Shown: piece by piece, positions 63,101 to 64,000 of the stretch | Layout of the letters: every line of letters starts with the position of its first letter | How positions within the stretch are numbered: position 1 is the first letter of the stretch | Assembly: GCA_964577685.1 (NCBI GenBank) | Contig: CAZNZT010000003.1 | Span: 11,083 to 75,082 of the forward strand | DNA length: 64,000 nucleotides | Origin: an uncultured Methanosarcinales archaeon | GTDB taxonomy: Archaea > Nanobdellota > Nanobdellia > Woesearchaeales > JACPBV01 | Direction of reading: 5' to 3' | The notes under the pieces: model-generated | What the model was told of the DNA's origin: nothing | Databases searched by the model: none | The model's input: the letters and a program-made list of their open reading frames with translations, nothing else | Position numbers and translations under genes: made by a program

Positions 63101-63661
63101 ATGGCTGAAGGATTGTGGGATGATTTTGCAGAGCCTGTTGTTTATATTAGGTATAAGGGAGTTTGGGATATGCAGGATTTGTATGAATCTATAGCCGAGT
63201 GGTTTAGAAGGAGGAAGTATAAATTTCATGAGAGGGTTTACAAACATAAACATCCTAGTCCGTTTGGAGTGGAGAGGCAATATATCTGGCAGGCAGAGAG
63301 ATATGAAACTGAGTATGTTAAAATCCATTATGATATCTATATACATACTTACGATGCACATGATGTAGAAGTAGCTATGCCTGATGGTTCTAGAAAAACC
63401 TTTACAAAGGGAAGGATATGGATTGAGATAAAGGCTAATCTTGTAAGTGATTGGGAAAAGAGATTTGATGAGAGTCTTTTTTTAACTCACTTAAAGAGCT
63501 TTTATAACAAATACATCATAAAGAAGAATTTTACAATGGGTTGGGGACCAAAATTAAGGTATGAGATGTATGATTTGCATGCAATGATAAAAAGAAAACT
63601 GAAGATGGAGTCAGAAGAGTATGAGCATAGATACTTTTCTGGTGTCTATAGGAAATATTAA
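63101..63661 (+). CDS. hypothetical protein (186 aa)
   Basis: Clean ORF with ordinary composition, divergent from the ATP-grasp cluster. No family recognised. Weakly similar in layout to the next ORF. Confidence 0.5.
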   Translation: MAEGLWDDFAEPVVYIRYKGVWDMQDLYESIAEWFRRRKYKFHERVYKHKHPSPFGVERQYIWQAERYETEYVKIHYDIYIHTYDAHDVEVAMPDGSRKTFTKGRIWIEIKANLVSDWEKRFDESLFLTHLKSFYNKYIIKKNFTMGWGPKLRYEMYDLHAMIKRKLKMESEEYEHRYFSGVYRKY

Positions 63662-63663
63662 AA

Positions 63664-64000
63664 ATGTCTGAAACAAGAATAATTGTTGATCATCTAAGAT
63701 TGGAGTACAAGGGACCATTAAAGGTTAAAGAACTATTTAAACTGATTGGAGCATGGCACAAGGAAAAGGGACTGCAAAAAAAGGAGGATAAAAATTTTGA
63801 GCAAGACCTTCCTTCCGGTAAGTCAATAGAATATGAAATATCATATTGGAAAAAAATATCCTATTACACTAGATATATAATCAAACTAAGGGCTCTTTTT
63901 TCTGAGTTAAAAAGGGTGCAATTGGTTCATAATGATAAGAGGATAACTACAGATGAGGGAAAGGTTTTAATGTATTTTGATGGTATTATAGAACATGACC
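63664..64000 (+). CDS. hypothetical protein, partial (runs off the right edge); possible paralog of the preceding gene
   Basis: Manual translation from ATG 63664: MSETRIIVDHLRLEYKGPLKVKELFKLIGAWHKEKGLQKKEDKNFEQD... Open to the window end. Confidence 0.45.
   Translation, partial: MSETRIIVDHLRLEYKGPLKVKELFKLIGAWHKEKGLQKKEDKNFEQDLPSGKSIEYEISYWKKISYYTRYIIKLRALFSELKRVQLVHNDKRITTDEGKVLMYFDGIIEHD

Overview
AT-rich, very gene-dense window that reads as a chromosome segment from an archaeon, probably a small-genome DPANN-type lineage (inference). All calls come from reading the ORF translations and the DNA by eye; no searches were run. The archaeal informational core is archaeal-type thrS, the conserved rpl7ae-rps28e-rpl24e-ndk-aEF2 block, a family-B DNA polymerase, a TrmB regulator, an EndoQ-like PHP nuclease, nth, prs, prefoldin alpha, ftsY, ZPR1, scpA, tRNA-Val, tRNA-Gly (with a 16-nt T-arm insertion), taw3 and srp54. 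Four things are embedded in this core. (1) A complete rnfCDGEAB operon with a minimal RnfB, followed 90 bp later on the same strand by a full-length bacterial-type sigma-70 gene. (2) Two adjacent large cell-surface proteins that share a C-terminal acidic module. (3) A type I-B CRISPR-Cas locus (cas6 ... cas8b-cas7-cas5-cas3-cas4 ... cas1-cas2 plus a 28-repeat array). It is interrupted twice by paralogous wHTH-nucleotidyltransferase/HEPN pairs, plus DUF2283, an AAA-ATPase/PD-(D/E)xK protein and a WYL gene, with phased palindromic operator-like sites in front of the inserted genes. (4) A minus-strand cluster of two Ddl-like ATP-grasp ligases, a PP-loop protein, a fold-III PLP decarboxylase, a KamA-family radical-SAM aminomutase and a PEBP protein. 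I consider the sigma-70 gene in an archaeal context, the ATP-grasp/PP-loop/decarboxylase/KamA cluster and the rewired CRISPR locus the best candidates for undescribed biology. Many long ORFs in the track are antisense shadows of K/E-rich or S/T-rich genes and are not reported as features.
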